A stretch of 64,000 bases of DNA from Malacoraja senta (GCA_038087875.1 CM075993.1:3040001-3104000), one strand, 5' to 3'; counted from the first letter of the stretch, positions 1 through 13,204 are shown. Notes: generated from the letters alone by a model not told the origin. Made by a program: numbers and translations.

Positions 1-51
1 AATCTGATGATCTGCGCACATTCAATGGACCAAAGTCCTTGGTTCCCTGGG

Positions 52-293
52 GTGGTCACGGTGGCGCAGCGGTAGAGTTGCTGCCTTACAGAGCTTGCAG
101 CGCGGGAGACCCGGGTTTAATCCTGACTACGGGTGCTGTCTGTACGGAGTTTGCACGTTCTCCCAGTGACCTGCGTGGGTTTTCTCCGAGATCTTCAGGT
201 TTCCTCCCACACTCCAAAGACGTGCAGGTTTGTAGGTTAATTGGCTTGGTGTAAGTGTAAACTCTCCCTAGTGTCGTGCAGTATCTCTAAAAA
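52..293 (+). mobile_element. tRNA-derived V-SINE (HE1-like), internally deleted near 3' end
   Basis: A box TGGCGCAGCGG, degenerate B box GGTTTAATCC, central V-domain (gagtttgcacgttctccc...ggtttcctcccacactccaaagacgt). Confidence 0.85.
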
Positions 294-425
294 AATCATA
301 GACATAGAATAATACAGCACAAGAACAGGCCCTTCAGCCCACAATCTCTGTGCTGACATGATGCAAGGACCGACTCTTATCTACCTAAGAATTGGTCTTC
401 ACATCATGTCATGTCCATTGTCATG

Positions 426-1205
426 AGCCTGTCCCACTTTGGCGATTTTTCAGCAGACTGCCGGCGACTGCCAAGTTGCCAGCAGTTGCCTGAAACACCG
501 ACAACTGGAACGGCGACTGTCAGAGTGGAACAAACACACACACACACACACATCGCTTCCTTCACCAGCCCGTTATGCAGGCGGGGGACAGGGCAAGCGG
601 GGGGAGCGCTGTCTGAGTGAAATTCCCACGGTGCAAAGCCAAGGTGATACAGACACACACCGCGATGAACAGGAAGGTTGGCGCTGTGATTAAGATGGCT
701 AAAGCACAGTGTATGGTAAGTCCTTTAAAAGAGGGGGGAGAGAAGGGGAGAGAGGGGGGGAGAAGGAGTGGAAACAACTTTTAGGAAGCCAGAGAAACAC
801 GGCTGTGAAGCTCGGCCGGACATTTGACATTACCGATCGGTTATCCTTGTTTCTGAAAACTACTGGTAACGTTTTTTTTCCCCAATGTGTCAATGAAATT
901 CACCGGTCAGCACCGGCTCCAACCTACGAGAACCTACGAGAACCTTCGACCTCCTGGCGACCCACTAGGACCTCCTGGCGACCCGCCTACGGCACGAGAA
1001 TTCTCGCTACGCTCCATGGCGGCTTCATTCTAGTCGCCGCTAACTTCTCAACATGTTGAAAAATTCACGGCGACCACAATGAGGCCGCGACCAGTTCCCA
1101 GAATGCGGGAACTCCTCGGGCCCGTGAAGGCGACTCCCCGGCAACCACCCGCGAACATGTGGCGACTGCACTGGCCTAAAAAGTTGCCTAAGTGGGACAT
1201 GCCCA
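426..1205. mobile_element. Harbinger-type MITE (degenerate termini)
   Basis: Termini gcctgtcccactt ... aagtgggacatgccc match the terminal motif shared by the other MITEs in the window; no transposase ORF. Confidence 0.65.
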
Positions 1206-1354
1206 TTGGTCAGGAGCATGTGAGAAGTGGTCAGATTTTAGACAATTCTGTTGGGTTCAGTGATAGAATATTATTTACATTGAAATCTGAATGAAGAGAT
1301 ATATGCAGGGTAAGTGTTTCACAGCGTGATGTGCAGGTCACAGCTTCTGAACTA

Positions 1355-1935
1355 AAGGATGTTTTTTGTTAGGAAGGAGATGAGGAGGAATTTCTTTAGT
1401 CAGAGGGTGGTGAATCTGTGGAATTCTTTGCCACAGAAGGCTGTGGAAGCCACGTCAGTGGATATATATATATATATATATTTTAATATTTTAATTTTAT
1501 TAGAAGTAAGTACAATTGTATACAATCATATTTTCATAATACCTTTTATGTACAGCTTCTTATTTTTTAAAATATTTTGTAATAAAGATGAAAAAGAAAA
1601 ATGTTAGATAATGAAAAATAGAAAAATGTGAGATATATAGTGTGTGAAAAAGAAAAATAGAGAGTGAAAAAAGAAAGTTGAGACATAGAAAATAGAAGAA
1701 AAAGAGTAAAAGAAGAAAAGAGAAGAAAAGAAAATAGAAGTAAGGAGATCATTTATAATCTTGACCATCCCCAGTCACGGATTAGCTTTTACGTCAGTGG
1801 ATATATTTAAGGTAGAGATAGATAGATTCTTGATTAGTACGGGTGTCAGAGGTTATGGGGAGAAGGCAGGAGAAGGCAGGAGAATGGGGTTAGGAGGGAG
1901 AGATAGATCAGCCATGATTGAGTGGCGGAGTAGAC
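1355..1935 (+). mobile_element. CR1-type LINE 3' fragment interrupted by an L1-type insertion
   Basis: RT C-terminal peptide RRNFFSQRVVNLWNSLPQKAVEA continuing as SVDIFKVEIDRFL after the insert. Confidence 0.85.
1468..1790 (-). mobile_element. L1/Tx1-type LINE 3' UTR fragment
   Basis: 16-bp direct repeat acgtcagtggatatat at 1452-1467 and 1791-1806; minus-strand end (tacaattg...cttctaataaaat) matches the end of the 4324-4774 insertion. Confidence 0.65.
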
Positions 1936-2279
1936 TTAGAGTTATAGAGTCATAGAGTGATACAGTGTGGAAACAGGCCCTTCGGCCCAACTTGCCCACA
2001 CCGGCCAACAGGTCCCAGCTACACTAGTCCCACCTGCTGTGCTTGGTCATATATCCCTCCAAACCTGTCCTATCCATGTACCTGTCCAACTGTTTATTAA
2101 ACGTTGGGAGGTAGACAAAAGTGCTGGAGAAACTCAGCGGGTGCGGCAGCATCTATGGAGCGAAGGAAATAGGCAACGTTTCGGGACGAAACCCTTCTTC
2201 AGACTGACGTAGGGTGGGGGGGGGGGCGGGTGGGAGAAGAAAGGAGAAAGGAAGAGGAGATAGTCCCGGCCTCAACTAC

Positions 2280-2479
2280 NNNNNNNNNNNNNNNNNNNNN
2301 NNNNNNNNNNNNNNNNNNNNNNNNNNNNNNNNNNNNNNNNNNNNNNNNNNNNNNNNNNNNNNNNNNNNNNNNNNNNNNNNNNNNNNNNNNNNNNNNNNNN
2401 NNNNNNNNNNNNNNNNNNNNNNNNNNNNNNNNNNNNNNNNNNNNNNNNNNNNNNNNNNNNNNNNNNNNNNNNNNNNNNN
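2280..2479. other. Assembly gap (200 N)
   Basis: Run of 200 N. Confidence 0.99.
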
Positions 2480-2673
2480 AGGCTGTGGAATTCATAAATA
2501 TTGAGCGGTATGAAACAGTCTCTCTAACTGAAAGGTGACTGGGGAGTAGGCTACTGCTGAAGTATGTCTAAGAAGAAATAGCAACGGTCTGGGGTAAATA
2601 TATATTATTTGAACGATTAAGGTATTGATGCCAAATCACTGTAAGGTAGTTAAGACAACAATTTTATTCAGTG

Positions 2674-3015
2674 TTAAAGAAGGAACTGCAGATGCTGGAA
2701 AATCGAAGGTGGACAAAAATGCTGGAGAAACTCAGCGGGTGCAGCAGCATCTATGGAGCGAAGGAAATAGGCAACGTTTCGGGCCGAAACCCTGAAGGAA
2801 ATAGGCAACGTTTCGGGACGAAACCCGGAAGGGTTTCGGGCCGAAACGTTGCCTATTTCCTTCGCTCCATAGATGCTGCCTCACCCGCTGAGTTTCTCCA
2901 TCACTTTTGTCTACCTTCGATTTTCCAGCTGCCTATTTCCTTCAAGGTTTCGACCTATTTCGACCTATTTCCTTCGCTCCATAGATGCTGCCTCACCCGC
3001 TGAGTTTCTCCACTA
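2674..3015. mobile_element. Palindromic Penelope-derived non-autonomous element
   Basis: Inverted arms of the Penelope terminal segment around a rearranged core; direct repeat ttattcagtg at 2664-2673 and 3016-3025. Confidence 0.75.
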
Positions 3016-3231
3016 TTATTCAGTGGGAAGGTTCAACAGGTTGAACCTGTGGAACGTGTCAGAATTAAAGGACGTTCTTTTCGGAAGGAGATGAGGAGGA
3101 ATTTCTTTAGTCAGAGGGTGGTGAATCTGTGGGATTGTACAAGATGTATTCGAGGGAGAGTTGAGTTAGATATAGCTCTGAGGGCTAACGGAATCAGGGG
3201 ATATGGGGAGAAAGCAGGAACGGGGTACTGA

Positions 3232-3570
3232 TTCAAGTGAGTTTATTGTCATGTGTCCCAGATAGGACAATGAAATTCTTGCTTTGCTTCAGCACAACAG
3301 AATATAGACGGCATGAATACAGAACAGATCAGTGTGTCCATATACCATTATATAAATATATACACGCATGGATAAATAAACTGATAAAGTGCAAATAACA
3401 GATAATTGGCAATTAATGTTCAGAGTTTTGTTTGAGTTGAGTTCAATAGCCTGATGGCTGTGGGGAAGTAGCTATTCCTGAACCTGGACGTTGCAGTCTT
3501 CAGGCTCCTGTACCTTCTACCTGAAGGTAGCGGGGAGATGAGTGTGTGGCCAGGATGGTGTGGGTCCTTG
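3232..3570 (-). mobile_element. Rex1/Babar-type LINE 3' fragment
   Basis: Same sequence family as 17097-17590 (GRRYRSLKTAT..RFRNSYFPTAIRLLN plus 3' UTR ending gacaataaac). Confidence 0.75.
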
Positions 3571-3574
3571 TGGT

Positions 3575-3800
3575 CACTAGCGCTATCCTACACACACTAG
3601 GGACAATTTACCACTTTTACCGAAGCCACTTTTACTTCAAACCTGTACGTCTCTGGAGTGCGGGGGGGAAACCGGAGCTCCTGGGGAAAACCCACGCAGG
3701 TCACGGGGAGAACGTACAAACTCCACACAGACAGCACCAGTAGTCAAGTTCGAACCCGGGTCTCTGGTGCTGTAAGGATGCAACTTACAGTGCCGCCCTA
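3575..3800 (-). mobile_element. V-SINE fragment
   Basis: Reverse complement of V-domain and B box. Confidence 0.75.
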
Positions 3801-4059
3801 TTGCGATGCACAAGGCAGTTAAAAGGTTAATCAAGACAGTAAAATGAAATGACAATATTTGTCAAGTTGACAAAGATATGGCAAGTAAAAGTGAAGTATT
3901 TATTTTTGTTCGTTTTCCAGCTATAAACAGTGCTTCTTCCCCATAAAACAGAATCATCATGGTACTTTTATGATCTTACTCGCAGCTGCAGACATTTTTC
4001 TCCCGTTTCATCAGGCTGCATTTTATTTGTCTGCTTTTAGTTTTTAGTTTCTTTTAGTT

Positions 4060-4833
4060 TTTAGTTTGTAGGGATGCAGCGCGGAAACAGGCCCTTCAGC
4101 CCACCGAGTCCGCGCCGACCAGCGATCCCCGCACGCTAACACTCCCCTACACACACACACCGGAGACAACTTACATTTACACCAAACCAATTAACCTGCA
4201 AACCTGTAGGACTTTGGGGCAAGGGGGGGAAACCGAAGATCTCGGAGAAAGGCGAGAAGCACGGGGGGAACGTACAAACTCCGTACAGACAAGCACCCGT
4301 AGTCAGGAGTGAACCTGGGTCTCACAGTCCCCACGGTGAAGATGTGGATTACGGATATGTCCGAGACGATACATTTGGAAAACATTAGGCTTGTCTTGGC
4401 GGAAAAAAACATCAATTTCTTAAGACATGGACACCATTTAATGAATTTCTGTAACAACAGAATGGTTAAACACAAATTTAAATTTAAATCCGACGCCAGG
4501 GATGGGTGGGGGGGTGGAACGGTATATGTCCATCTTTTCTTTTCTTATTTCTTTTCTTTTCTCTTGCACTTCTTTGGTAGCTTAGGGGTCTTTTTCCTGC
4601 TCTTTTGTATTTCACTTTTTTTCTTCATTCTTTCTATGTTTTCCTTCTTTTTTTGTTAATTTTTTTTTTGATTTAGGTTATAAGGTTAAAATTGAAGCTG
4701 TACAAAAATTGTATAACTGCTATGTCGATCGTCTTATCCTTGTACAATTGCTTCTAATAAAATAAAATTTAAAAGAACCTGGGTCTCTAGCGATGTGAGG
4801 CAGCAGCTCTACATGTTACGCCATCGTGCTGCC
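4060..4833 (-). mobile_element. V-SINE split by an L1-type insertion
   Basis: SINE tail and body 4060-4323, tRNA head resumes at 4775-4833. Confidence 0.8.
4324..4774 (+). mobile_element. L1/Tx1-type LINE 3' end (ORF2 C-terminus plus T-rich UTR)
   Basis: Peptide PTVKMWITDMSETIHLENIRLVL resembles fish L1 ORF2 C-termini; aataaa and A-rich end; 13-bp direct repeat gaacctgggtctc at 4311-4323 and 4775-4787. Confidence 0.7.
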
Positions 4834-4877
4834 CAAATTTAGTCGAGATGTCAGGAACATCTATTAAGAGGGGAAGG

Positions 4878-5104
4878 CAGATAAAAATGCTGGAGAAACT
4901 CAGCGGGTGAGGCAGCATCTATGGAGCGAAGGGCGAGGTGATGTTTCGGATCTAAACCCTTCTTCAGACTATCTGAGTTGGAAGAAGGGTCTCGACCCAA
5001 AACGTTGCCTATTCCTTCACTCCATAGATGCTGCCTCACCCGCTGAGTTTCTCCAGCATTTTTACCGGCCTTCGATTTTTCCAGCATCTGCGGTTCCTTC
5101 TTAA
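4878..5104. mobile_element. Inverted pair of Penelope terminal segments
   Basis: aaatgctggagaaactcagcggg... followed by its reverse complement ...cccgctgagtttctccagcattt. Confidence 0.7.
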
Positions 5105-5397
5105 AGATTAAGAAGGGAGAGTGAGAAACCAAAGCCCGTAACCTCTCAGTTATTTGGGGTATCTGGTGTTCTACATAATAGACACTGTCTCAGAATCCCA
5201 CCTTGGACTCTTTAGCTTCCAACTAGAAAAATGACACAAAGTGCTGGAGTAACTCAGAGTCTGATGGAGGATCCTAACACCATCATCACCTCCCCATGTT
5301 CTCCAGAGAAGCTGCCTCATCCGTCAGTGACTCCAACACCTTGTGCCTTTTCTGTAAACTAGCATCTGCAGTTCCCCAGATCACCCTTTGGCTTAAA

Positions 5398-6285
5398 ACT
5401 GGCAAAAGGTATAGAGGTGTGAAAACGCACACCTCCAGATTCAGGGACAGTTTCTTCCCAGCTGTAATCAGGCAAGTGAACCATCCTACCACAACCAGAG
5501 AGCGGTCCTGAACTACTATCTACCTCTTTGTTGACCCTTGGACGATCCTTGATCGGACTTTGCTGGCTTTACCTTGCACCAAAATGTATTCCCTTACCAT
5601 GTATCTGTAATCATGTATTGTCTCTCCGCTGACTACTTAAAGGCCTGTTTCACGAGTCTGCGGTCATTGGCGGCGAAACGGAAAGAATCTGCCGCCATAG
5701 ACCGCGCACTCGTGAGAACGTACAATTCCGGGGCCGTGCGGCGGTGTTCCCAATAAAATAAAACCGACAATGTCAAAAACTATATACTCACCGCACAGCC
5801 TCCACCAGTGATGCACGAGTGCGGCACGGCCGCCCGCACGGGACGCCGCCAGTTTGGCTCGAGCGCCGTGCGTCAAACCTCCACTGCCACAGCCTCCGCC
5901 AGTGAGGCACGTGTGCGGCACGGCCGCAGGCACAGCCACCGCTACAGCGCTGCGATCAGGACGGCCGCCGCCACAGCCGCCGCTGGTGAGTCACGTGCGG
6001 CGAGCCGACGTCATCGCAGTCGGCCCGCCCTTTTTTTACTTACCGCAAGCACGTGGGACCCGCCGTGTTTGAATTACTCGGCCCCCGTGCAGCATCCGTG
6101 TGGCGCTCCCGTGGATAGGCTCGGCGCTCTCACCGTTGCCGCGTGGTCCCCGCTACCGGCGACGCCGCGCTTCACCGCCGATGACCGCAAACAGGTTAGA
6201 CAGAGCCTTTAGCAGGCAACACAAAAGCTTTTCACTGTTCCTCGGTACACGTGACAATAAACTAAACTGAACTGAAGTGAACTCT
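5398..6285 (+). mobile_element. Rex1/Babar-type LINE 3' fragment (second subfamily) split by a MITE
   Basis: GKRYRGVKTHTSRFRDSFFPAVIRQ peptide; tail gacaataaactaaactgaactg resumes after 6211. Confidence 0.7.
5640..6208. mobile_element. GC-rich Harbinger-type MITE
   Basis: Imperfect TIRs (aaggcctg...tgcggtcattggcggcgaa / ttcaccgccgatgaccgca...cagagcct) flanked by TTA on both sides, interrupting a LINE tail. Confidence 0.7.
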
Positions 6286-7204
6286 GAACAACTCACGAGC
6301 TCCCTTTTACTTTAAGTCAGTACCCTCGATAAGAGAGGAGAAATACATCTGTGTCAACTGAACTGTTATTCAGTCTGAAGAAGGGCCTCGACCCTTCGCT
6401 CCACAGATGCTGCCTCACCCGCTGAGTTTCTCCAGCATTTTTGTCTCCATCTTTGTTATTCACAGAGAGTCTGTAATCATTGCACCCAGTGAAAGGTACA
6501 ACAACATAATGGATTATAAAGTGAAATTGTGAGGGCAGACATAGTGTCATACAGTTGTAGATTGAGATAGCATGGAAACAGGCCTTCGGCCCAACATGGC
6601 CACACCGGCCAACATGCCCCAGCTACACTAGTCCCACTTGCCCACGTTTGGTCCATATCCCTCCATGTACCTGTCTAACTGTTTCTTAAACGTTGGATAG
6701 TCCCAGCCTCAACTACCTCCTCCGGCAGCTTGTTCCATGCACCCACCACCCACCGTGTGGAAATGTGTTCAGGAATTTTTATAATGGTGTTCTATTTGCA
6801 TTTCGTCATTTTTTTTTTTTAACGTTAATGACCTTGGAGACTGGAGCAGATGATTTCAGGACCTGCCAACTGCTGCCTGCCTTGGCACAGTGCCCCGTTA
6901 TCTCATTCATCGCCAGGCCTTCACTGAAGCTCACCACTCATTCTCCACTGGAGTCAAGGGTAGAAGTTGCAGAGGCCCGGGTCGCTGTCTGTCTGCGATC
7001 CGTCCCGCAGTTGCATGGTAGCGGTCCCACTTTGTTTGAAGTCGCAGATGTTTAATCGGCCGTTCAGGGTCTCCTCGTTCGATGGTGACAGTTTCAATTG
7101 CGTTGCCCGCTTGGAATTTCTTTGTAGATTGGGCTGCACGACAGTCCCTTTTCTTCCATTGTCACGTTTGGCATCAGGGTCTTTGTAATCATCTATGGCA
7201 GCAG

Positions 7205-7932
7205 GGTGGCGCAGCGGTAGAGTTGCTGCCTTAAGGGCCTGTCCCACGGGCATGCGACTCCATGCGGCAAGCGCGACCTAACCGCAAGCGGGGGCCGTGC
7301 GGGGGCCGCGCGGAGGTCGTGGGGCCGGTCCCACTTCGATCGCGGGAGCCGCATGGAGTTGTGCGGAGCTGGTCCCGACATCGCGCGGGGCTCCGAAAAA
7401 CTGACACTGTTCAAAAATTCCGTAGTGGCAACGGCCTGCCGGCCCGCAGCCGCATCGAGGCCGTGCGCGCCGTACGCACCGTCTTGACGTCACTCGACCC
7501 TCCGCGCGCCCCCCGCTTCCAGTTTGGTAGCGCTTGCCGCATGCAGCCGCATGCTGGTGGGACCGGCCCTGTACGGGGATCACTCGACCTCCGCGCGGCC
7601 CCCGCTTGTGGCTAGGTCGCGCTTGCCGCATGGAGTCGCATGCCCGTGGGACAGGCCCTTTACAGAGCTTACAGCGCCAGAGACCCAGGTTTGATCCCGA
7701 CTACGGGTGCTGTCTGTACGGAGTTTGTACGTTCTCCCCGTGACCTGCGTGGGTTTTCTCCGAGATCTTCGGTTTCCTCCCACACTCCAAAGACGTACAG
7801 GTTTGTAGGTTAATTGGCTTGGTGTAAATGTAAAAAATTGCCTCTAGTTTGTGTAGGATAATGTGCGGGGATCGCTGGTCGGTGCGGACTCGGTGGGCCG
7901 AAGGGCCTGTTTCCGTGCTGTATCTCCAAACG
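7205..7932 (+). mobile_element. V-SINE split by a MITE
   Basis: A box at 7207, remainder resumes at 7660 through the tail gggccgaagggcctgtttccgtgctgtatctc. Confidence 0.85.
7234..7659. mobile_element. Harbinger-type MITE with long TIRs
   Basis: About 70-bp TIR starting agggcctgtcccacgggcatgcgactccatgcggcaagcgcgaccta; TTA at 7231-7233 and 7660-7662. Confidence 0.9.
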
Positions 7933-8049
7933 AAAATGTCTTTCTTGCTTCCAGTTCCTCCCCCTACAATCAGTCTGAAGAAGCGTCCCAACCCTAAACG
8001 TCACCTACCTATGTTCTCCAGACATGTTGCCTGACCCGCTGAGTTACTC

Positions 8050-8470
8050 CAGTTCAGTTTATTGCCACATGTACCGAGGTACAGTGAAAAGCTTTTGTTG
8101 CGTGCTAACCAGTCAGCAGAAAGACAATACATGATTACAATCGATCCATTTACAGTGTATAGATACATGATAAGGGAATAACGTTAGTGCAAGGTAAAGC
8201 CAGCAAAGTCCGATTAAGGATAGTCCGAGGGTCTCCAATGAAATACTGTAGATAGTAGTTGAGCACTGCTCTCCGGTTGTGGTAGGATGGTTCAGTTGCC
8301 TGATAACAGCTGGGAAGAAACTGTCCCTGAATCCGGAGGTGTGCGTTTCACACTTCTGTACCTTCTGCCCGATGGGAGAGGGAGAAGAGGGAGTGGCCGG
8401 GGTGCGACTTGTCCTTGATTATGCTGCTGGCCTTGCCGAGGCAGCGTGAGGTGTAGATGGAGTCAATGGA
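8050..8470 (-). mobile_element. Rex1/Babar-type LINE 3' fragment
   Basis: Reverse complement of the 5398 family coding end and UTR. Confidence 0.7.
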
Positions 8471-8473
8471 AAG

Positions 8474-8912
8474 GAGAAGGAATGGGTGACGTTTCGGGGC
8501 GAGACCCTTCTTCAGACTGAGTCACGGATAAGGAAGTGTAGGGTGTGAAAATTAGACAAAGGGGATGGAGAACAAGGAAGTTGTAGAGTATATCAATGTT
8601 AGCTGGGAGAAGGTGACAACAGAGCAAACAGGGATAAAATGTAATTGAGGACAGTCAGACTGGTCGGAGAATTGGGAAGGGGAGTGATGGAGAGGAGGAA
8701 AAGCAAGGGTTACTTGAAGATAGAGAAGTCAATGTTCATACCGCTGGGGTGTAAGCTACCCAAGCGAAATATGAGGTGCTGTTCCTCCAATTTGCGCTGT
8801 GCCTCACTCTGACCGTGGAGGAGGCCCAGGACTGAAAGGTCAGTGTGGGAATGGGAGGGGGAGTTGAAGTGCTTAGCAACCGGGAGTTCAGGCAGGTTTA
8901 GGCGGACTGAGA
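8474..8912 (-). mobile_element. Penelope-like element 3' fragment
   Basis: Reverse complement of the GIY-YIG C-terminus (KLEEQHLIFRLGSLHPSGMNIDFS) plus terminal ctgaaga...gaaacgtc segment. Confidence 0.8.
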
Positions 8913-9342
8913 CAGTATCTCACACGCTTGTCAACAATTATTTACGTTGAGAAACTTCGACTCAAACACTCAGCCTGTTTAATTGAGGTATTTCTTGACA
9001 CAACGGAAACCTGTTTCTAATTGAAACCAGATACCTCATGGAAAATTTGCAGACAATTGAATCTGTGGATTTTTTTCTTTCCACACAATACCTCGAAGGA
9101 CCTTTTGATTTATGATCTCATTTGGATTGTTACAGCACTGTCATTGCCACATGTGAACTAATATTTACTTATTAAGAGTATGGCACCAAACATCTGTCAG
9201 CCATATTCATATCTCGTCAGTTGCAGTATTATTTGTCAGAGAGCTGAGTGGAGTTTTGGAAGGGAAGGGGAGGCTGCTGGAGAAATGGCTCTAACTCCAC
9301 GGGGCTACGACTATCAGTAAATAACTGTACCCTTTAGTCATC

Positions 9343-9550
9343 TCTGCGTGGGTTTTCGCCAAGATCTTCGGTTTCCTCCCGCACTCCAAAGACGTACAGG
9401 TTTGTCGGTTAATTGGCTTGGTGTAAATGTAAAATTGCCCGAGTGGGCGTAGAATCAGTGGGGATCGCTGGTCGGCGTGGACTCGGTGGGCCGAAGGGCC
9501 TGTTTCCGTGCTGTATCTCTAAACTAAACTAAACTGAATTAAACTAAACA
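9343..9550 (+). mobile_element. 5'-truncated V-SINE
   Basis: V-domain 3' half and (ctaaa)n tail. Confidence 0.8.
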
Positions 9551-9917
9551 AAACTTAGCACAGAAGGCCAATCAGTCCAAGGTGCAAAGATTGACAGTCT
9601 GAAGAAGGGTCTCGACCCGAAACATCACCCATTCCTTCTCTCCAGAGATGCTGCCTGTCCCGCTGAGTTACTCCAGCATTTTGTGTCTATCTTCAGATTT
9701 CTTCACAATTTTCCATTACGAACCAGATCTCTTCTTATGAAGAATCTATCCAAATCCTTTGGTGAAGACTATTGTGTAATTCCCCACAGGAGCTGAGATT
9801 GTGCGTTTCCCAATAATCTGTAATGGGTAGTACCCTGGTCATTTAATCACTCCCTCTTAGACACACACACACATGCACAAGCACACGTGTACGCACACAT
9901 GCACATGCACTAACGTT

Positions 9918-10640
9918 TATTGGGTTGTGTATGTGTGGGGGGGGGAGTGAAACATGATTTTTGTCTCTTCTTTCGGGGGAATGCGACTTTTTCTTGTCGT
10001 ATCCCCCTTCTCTGCCTCCGTCTGCGCCGAGGCCAAAATGGCGGAGCTGCCGGCCTCCAACTCCAACTGCGACCGACCGACCTCGAGGCTCCGGAGGCAG
10101 AGCCAGGACTTACCAGCGCGGGGCTGGCCGGCTTCGGGGCTGCGGTGGCGTTCCGGCGGTGGCGACCGAGGACGCTGGTGGCGACCTGAATCCGGAGGCT
10201 CGGCCGCGGCTGGCCCAGTGGACGACATCGTCGGGAGCTCGCAGGTCACAGGTGGGTGACCTGTTTTTCTGGAGCTCCCGCAACTACAGCTGTGTCCGCT
10301 GGACTGGAGGGCGGCAGCTTCGGCCACCCCGGGCCGCGGAGTTTGAACCGGCCCGTCGCGGACGAAGCACGGATTCACCCGGCGGGGTCACAACGTCAGA
10401 AGCCCGGATCGCCTCAGCGCAGAGGGAGAACAAAGAGGGAAGAGACAGAGACTTTAAGACTTTTGCCTCCATCACAGTGAGGAGGTGCCTGGTGAACTCA
10501 CTGTGGTGGATGTTAATTTGTGTTTATTGTGTGTTTTGTTATTTATTATTATATGTATGACTGCAGGCAACGAAGTTTCGTTCAGACCGAAAGGTCTGAA
10601 TGACAAATAAAGGAATCTCTAATCTCTAATCTCTAATCTC
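9918..10640 (+). mobile_element. GC-rich non-autonomous retroelement (copy A)
   Basis: G-run leader, hairpins at 9975-10007 and 10468-10510, LINE-type tail aatgacaaataaagg followed by (aatctct)n. Confidence 0.65.
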
Positions 10641-10644
10641 TAAC

Positions 10645-10917
10645 GCACATACAAGGCACACAAACTCACACACAAACACACACACAAACTCACACACAAA
10701 CTCATACACAAACTCACACACAAACTCACACACAAACTCACACACAAACTCACACACAAACTCACACACAAACTCACACACAAACACATACAAACTCAAA
10801 CACACGCACGCACGCACACACACAAACTCAAACACGCGCACACAGACACAAACTGAAACATGCACACACAAACTCGCACACTCACACTCACACAAACTCA
10901 CAATCACTCTCACACTC
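10645..10917. repeat. CA-rich minisatellite (cacacaaactca)n
   Basis: Tandem 12-mer units visible 10657-10785, degenerate beyond. Confidence 0.9.
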
Positions 10918-11035
10918 TCGACCCGAAACGTCACCTATTCCTTCGCTCCATAGATGCTGCCTCACCCGCTGAGTTTCTCCAGCATTTTTGTCTACCTTCG
11001 ATTTTTCCAGCATCTGCAGTTCTTTCTTAAACATA

Positions 11036-11210
11036 CAAACCTTTACGTCTTTGGGAGTGGGGGAGGAAACCGGAGCACCCGGAGAAAACCCACGCAGGTC
11101 ACAGGGAGAACGTACACAAACTCCGTACAGACAGCACCCGTAGTCAGGATGGAACCCGGGTCTCTGGCGCTGTGAGGCAGCAACTCTACCGCTGCGCCAC
11201 CGTGCCGCCC
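11036..11210 (-). mobile_element. V-SINE 5' half
   Basis: Reverse complement of tRNA head and V-domain. Confidence 0.8.
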
Positions 11211-12319
11211 TGGCTTAGATAAAAGCGTGTGAGAAAGCAAATGGCAATCCCGGGATGCAGGATTATTGAGGGAATAAGGAAAGTTAAAAAGGGGGAAAGT
11301 TGCAGAAAAGTGCCTTTTGTGTTCGTCGATTCTCTTCAACTTCGGGGAAACTGGACAGATTGGGCCATATTCCCCACAGTCACTGAGTAATACCAATATT
11401 AAAAGGACTCTTATTTCTTGTTTGTTGAGACATTAGTGATGAAAAATACCATCTGGAGCAGAGTAATTATTCAGTACGGTAATCTACTTGGATACATTTA
11501 CAGAAATTGAAAAATTAGCTCTATACTCTCAGTAGTGCATAGTCCAAGCTGCTGCTGGTCGCCACATTCACCCGGGTAAATAAATCTAGTAAGAAGGGTC
11601 CGTTTACCTGCAATAAAATGATCGGGTATTTACATTTCCTCATTTTAACAACGGAATGGCTATTTGCTTTTTTTTAAATGATTGCAGCCTGCATGGTATC
11701 GGTTTATGTTCCTGCTTTCACTGTAAATGGATTGTTGATGGTTGGCACGGACTTGGTATTTATTGTAACCTGATGCTTGGGGAGTGGAGCGTTTAACTTT
11801 AGATTGTGTGACACTTTGCACTAGTACATGCAAACAAATGAATCGCTAATCTTAGAGGCATAGAGTCCTTGAGTCATAGTCTTAAAGTGATACAGCGTGG
11901 AAACAGGCCCTTCAGCCCGACTTGCCCACACCGGCCAACATGTTTAAGAAGGAACTGCAGATGCTGGAAAATCGAAGGTAGACAAAAATGCTGGAGAAAC
12001 TCAGCGGGTGAGGCAGCATCTATGGAGCGAAGGAAATAGGCAACGTTTCGGGTCGAAACCCTTCTTCACACAAAGGGTGGTGGGCATATGGAACGAGCTG
12101 CCAGAGGAGGTAGTTGAGGCAGGGACTATGTTTAATTGCCATTACACAGGTACATGGATAGGACAGGTTTGGAGGGGTATGGACCTAACACAGGCAGGTG
12201 GGACTAGTGTAGCATGGACATGTTGGCCGGTATGGGCAAGTTGGGCCGAAGGGCCTGTTTCTACAAATTATCACTCTATGACTATGACTCAAAGACTCTT
12301 TGTCTCTATGACTCTAACA

Positions 12320-12815
12320 GCTGAACACCTACACTCAGCCCGCCTGAACCAACCTGATCTCCCGGTTGCTAAACACTTTAATTCCCCTTCCCATTCCCAC
12401 ACTGACCTTTCTGTCCTCGGTCTCCTCCATTGTCAGAATGAGGCTAAACGCCAATTGGAGGAACAGCATCTCATATTTCGCTTGGCCAGCTTACAGCCCA
12501 GTGGTATGAATATTGATTTCTCTAACTTTAAGTAACCCCAGCATTCCCTCTCTCTCTATCCCTCCCCCACCCAAGTCGCACCAGCTTCTCATTTTCACCC
12601 AACAAACAGCTAACAACGGCCTGTTTCCTTTATCATCGTTACTTTTCTGCATATCTTTCATTCATTGTTCTTTATCTCCCTACATCACCGTCTATATCTC
12701 TCGTTTCCCTTAACCCCAACCAGCCTGAAGAAGGGTCTCGACCCGAAACGTCACCCATTCCTTCTCTCCAGAGATACTGCCTCTGAGTTACTCCGGCATT
12801 TTGTGTCTATCTACC
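12320..12815 (+). mobile_element. Penelope-like element 3' fragment
   Basis: EHLHSARLNQPDLPVAKHFNSPSH...EEQHLIFRLASLQPSGMNIDFSNFK then UTR and ctgaagaagggtctcgacccgaaacgtc. Confidence 0.85.
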
Positions 12816-13204
12816 ATACCCTGTGTAGGAAGGAACTGCAGATGCTGGTTTAAATCAAAGATAGACACACAAAGCTGGAGTAACTCAACGGGTCAGACAG
12901 CAGCTCTGGAGAGAAGGAATGGGTCCTTCCATTCCTTGACTATTCAATGCTTGTTAGTCTGAAAAGGACTTGTATATTTGTATCTGGTAATCAAATCTCA
13001 CCGTGTACTGGAATATTACCTTAATTCAATGTGAAGAAAGTTAATATTCGGGCCAAGCGCAGATGCTGCTTGGCCCCGCAGAGTTCCTCCAGCAGTTTGT
13101 GTTTGGCTTAACATTCCAGTTTCCACTGTTCATTGTTTCAAGTGCATGAAGGAACTGCAGATGCTGGTTTAAAGCGAAGATAGAGACAAAATGCTGGAGT
13201 AACT

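Noticed and set aside
2760..2960. Short repeated units resembling a CRISPR array
   Set aside because: No unique spacers of regular length, no cas genes, eukaryotic context; units are Penelope terminal fragments.
6954..7193. Possible minus-strand exon DYKDPDAKRDNG...CNFYP
   Set aside because: No recognisable homology; the putative acceptor abuts a SINE and lacks a polypyrimidine tract. RNA-seq would be needed.
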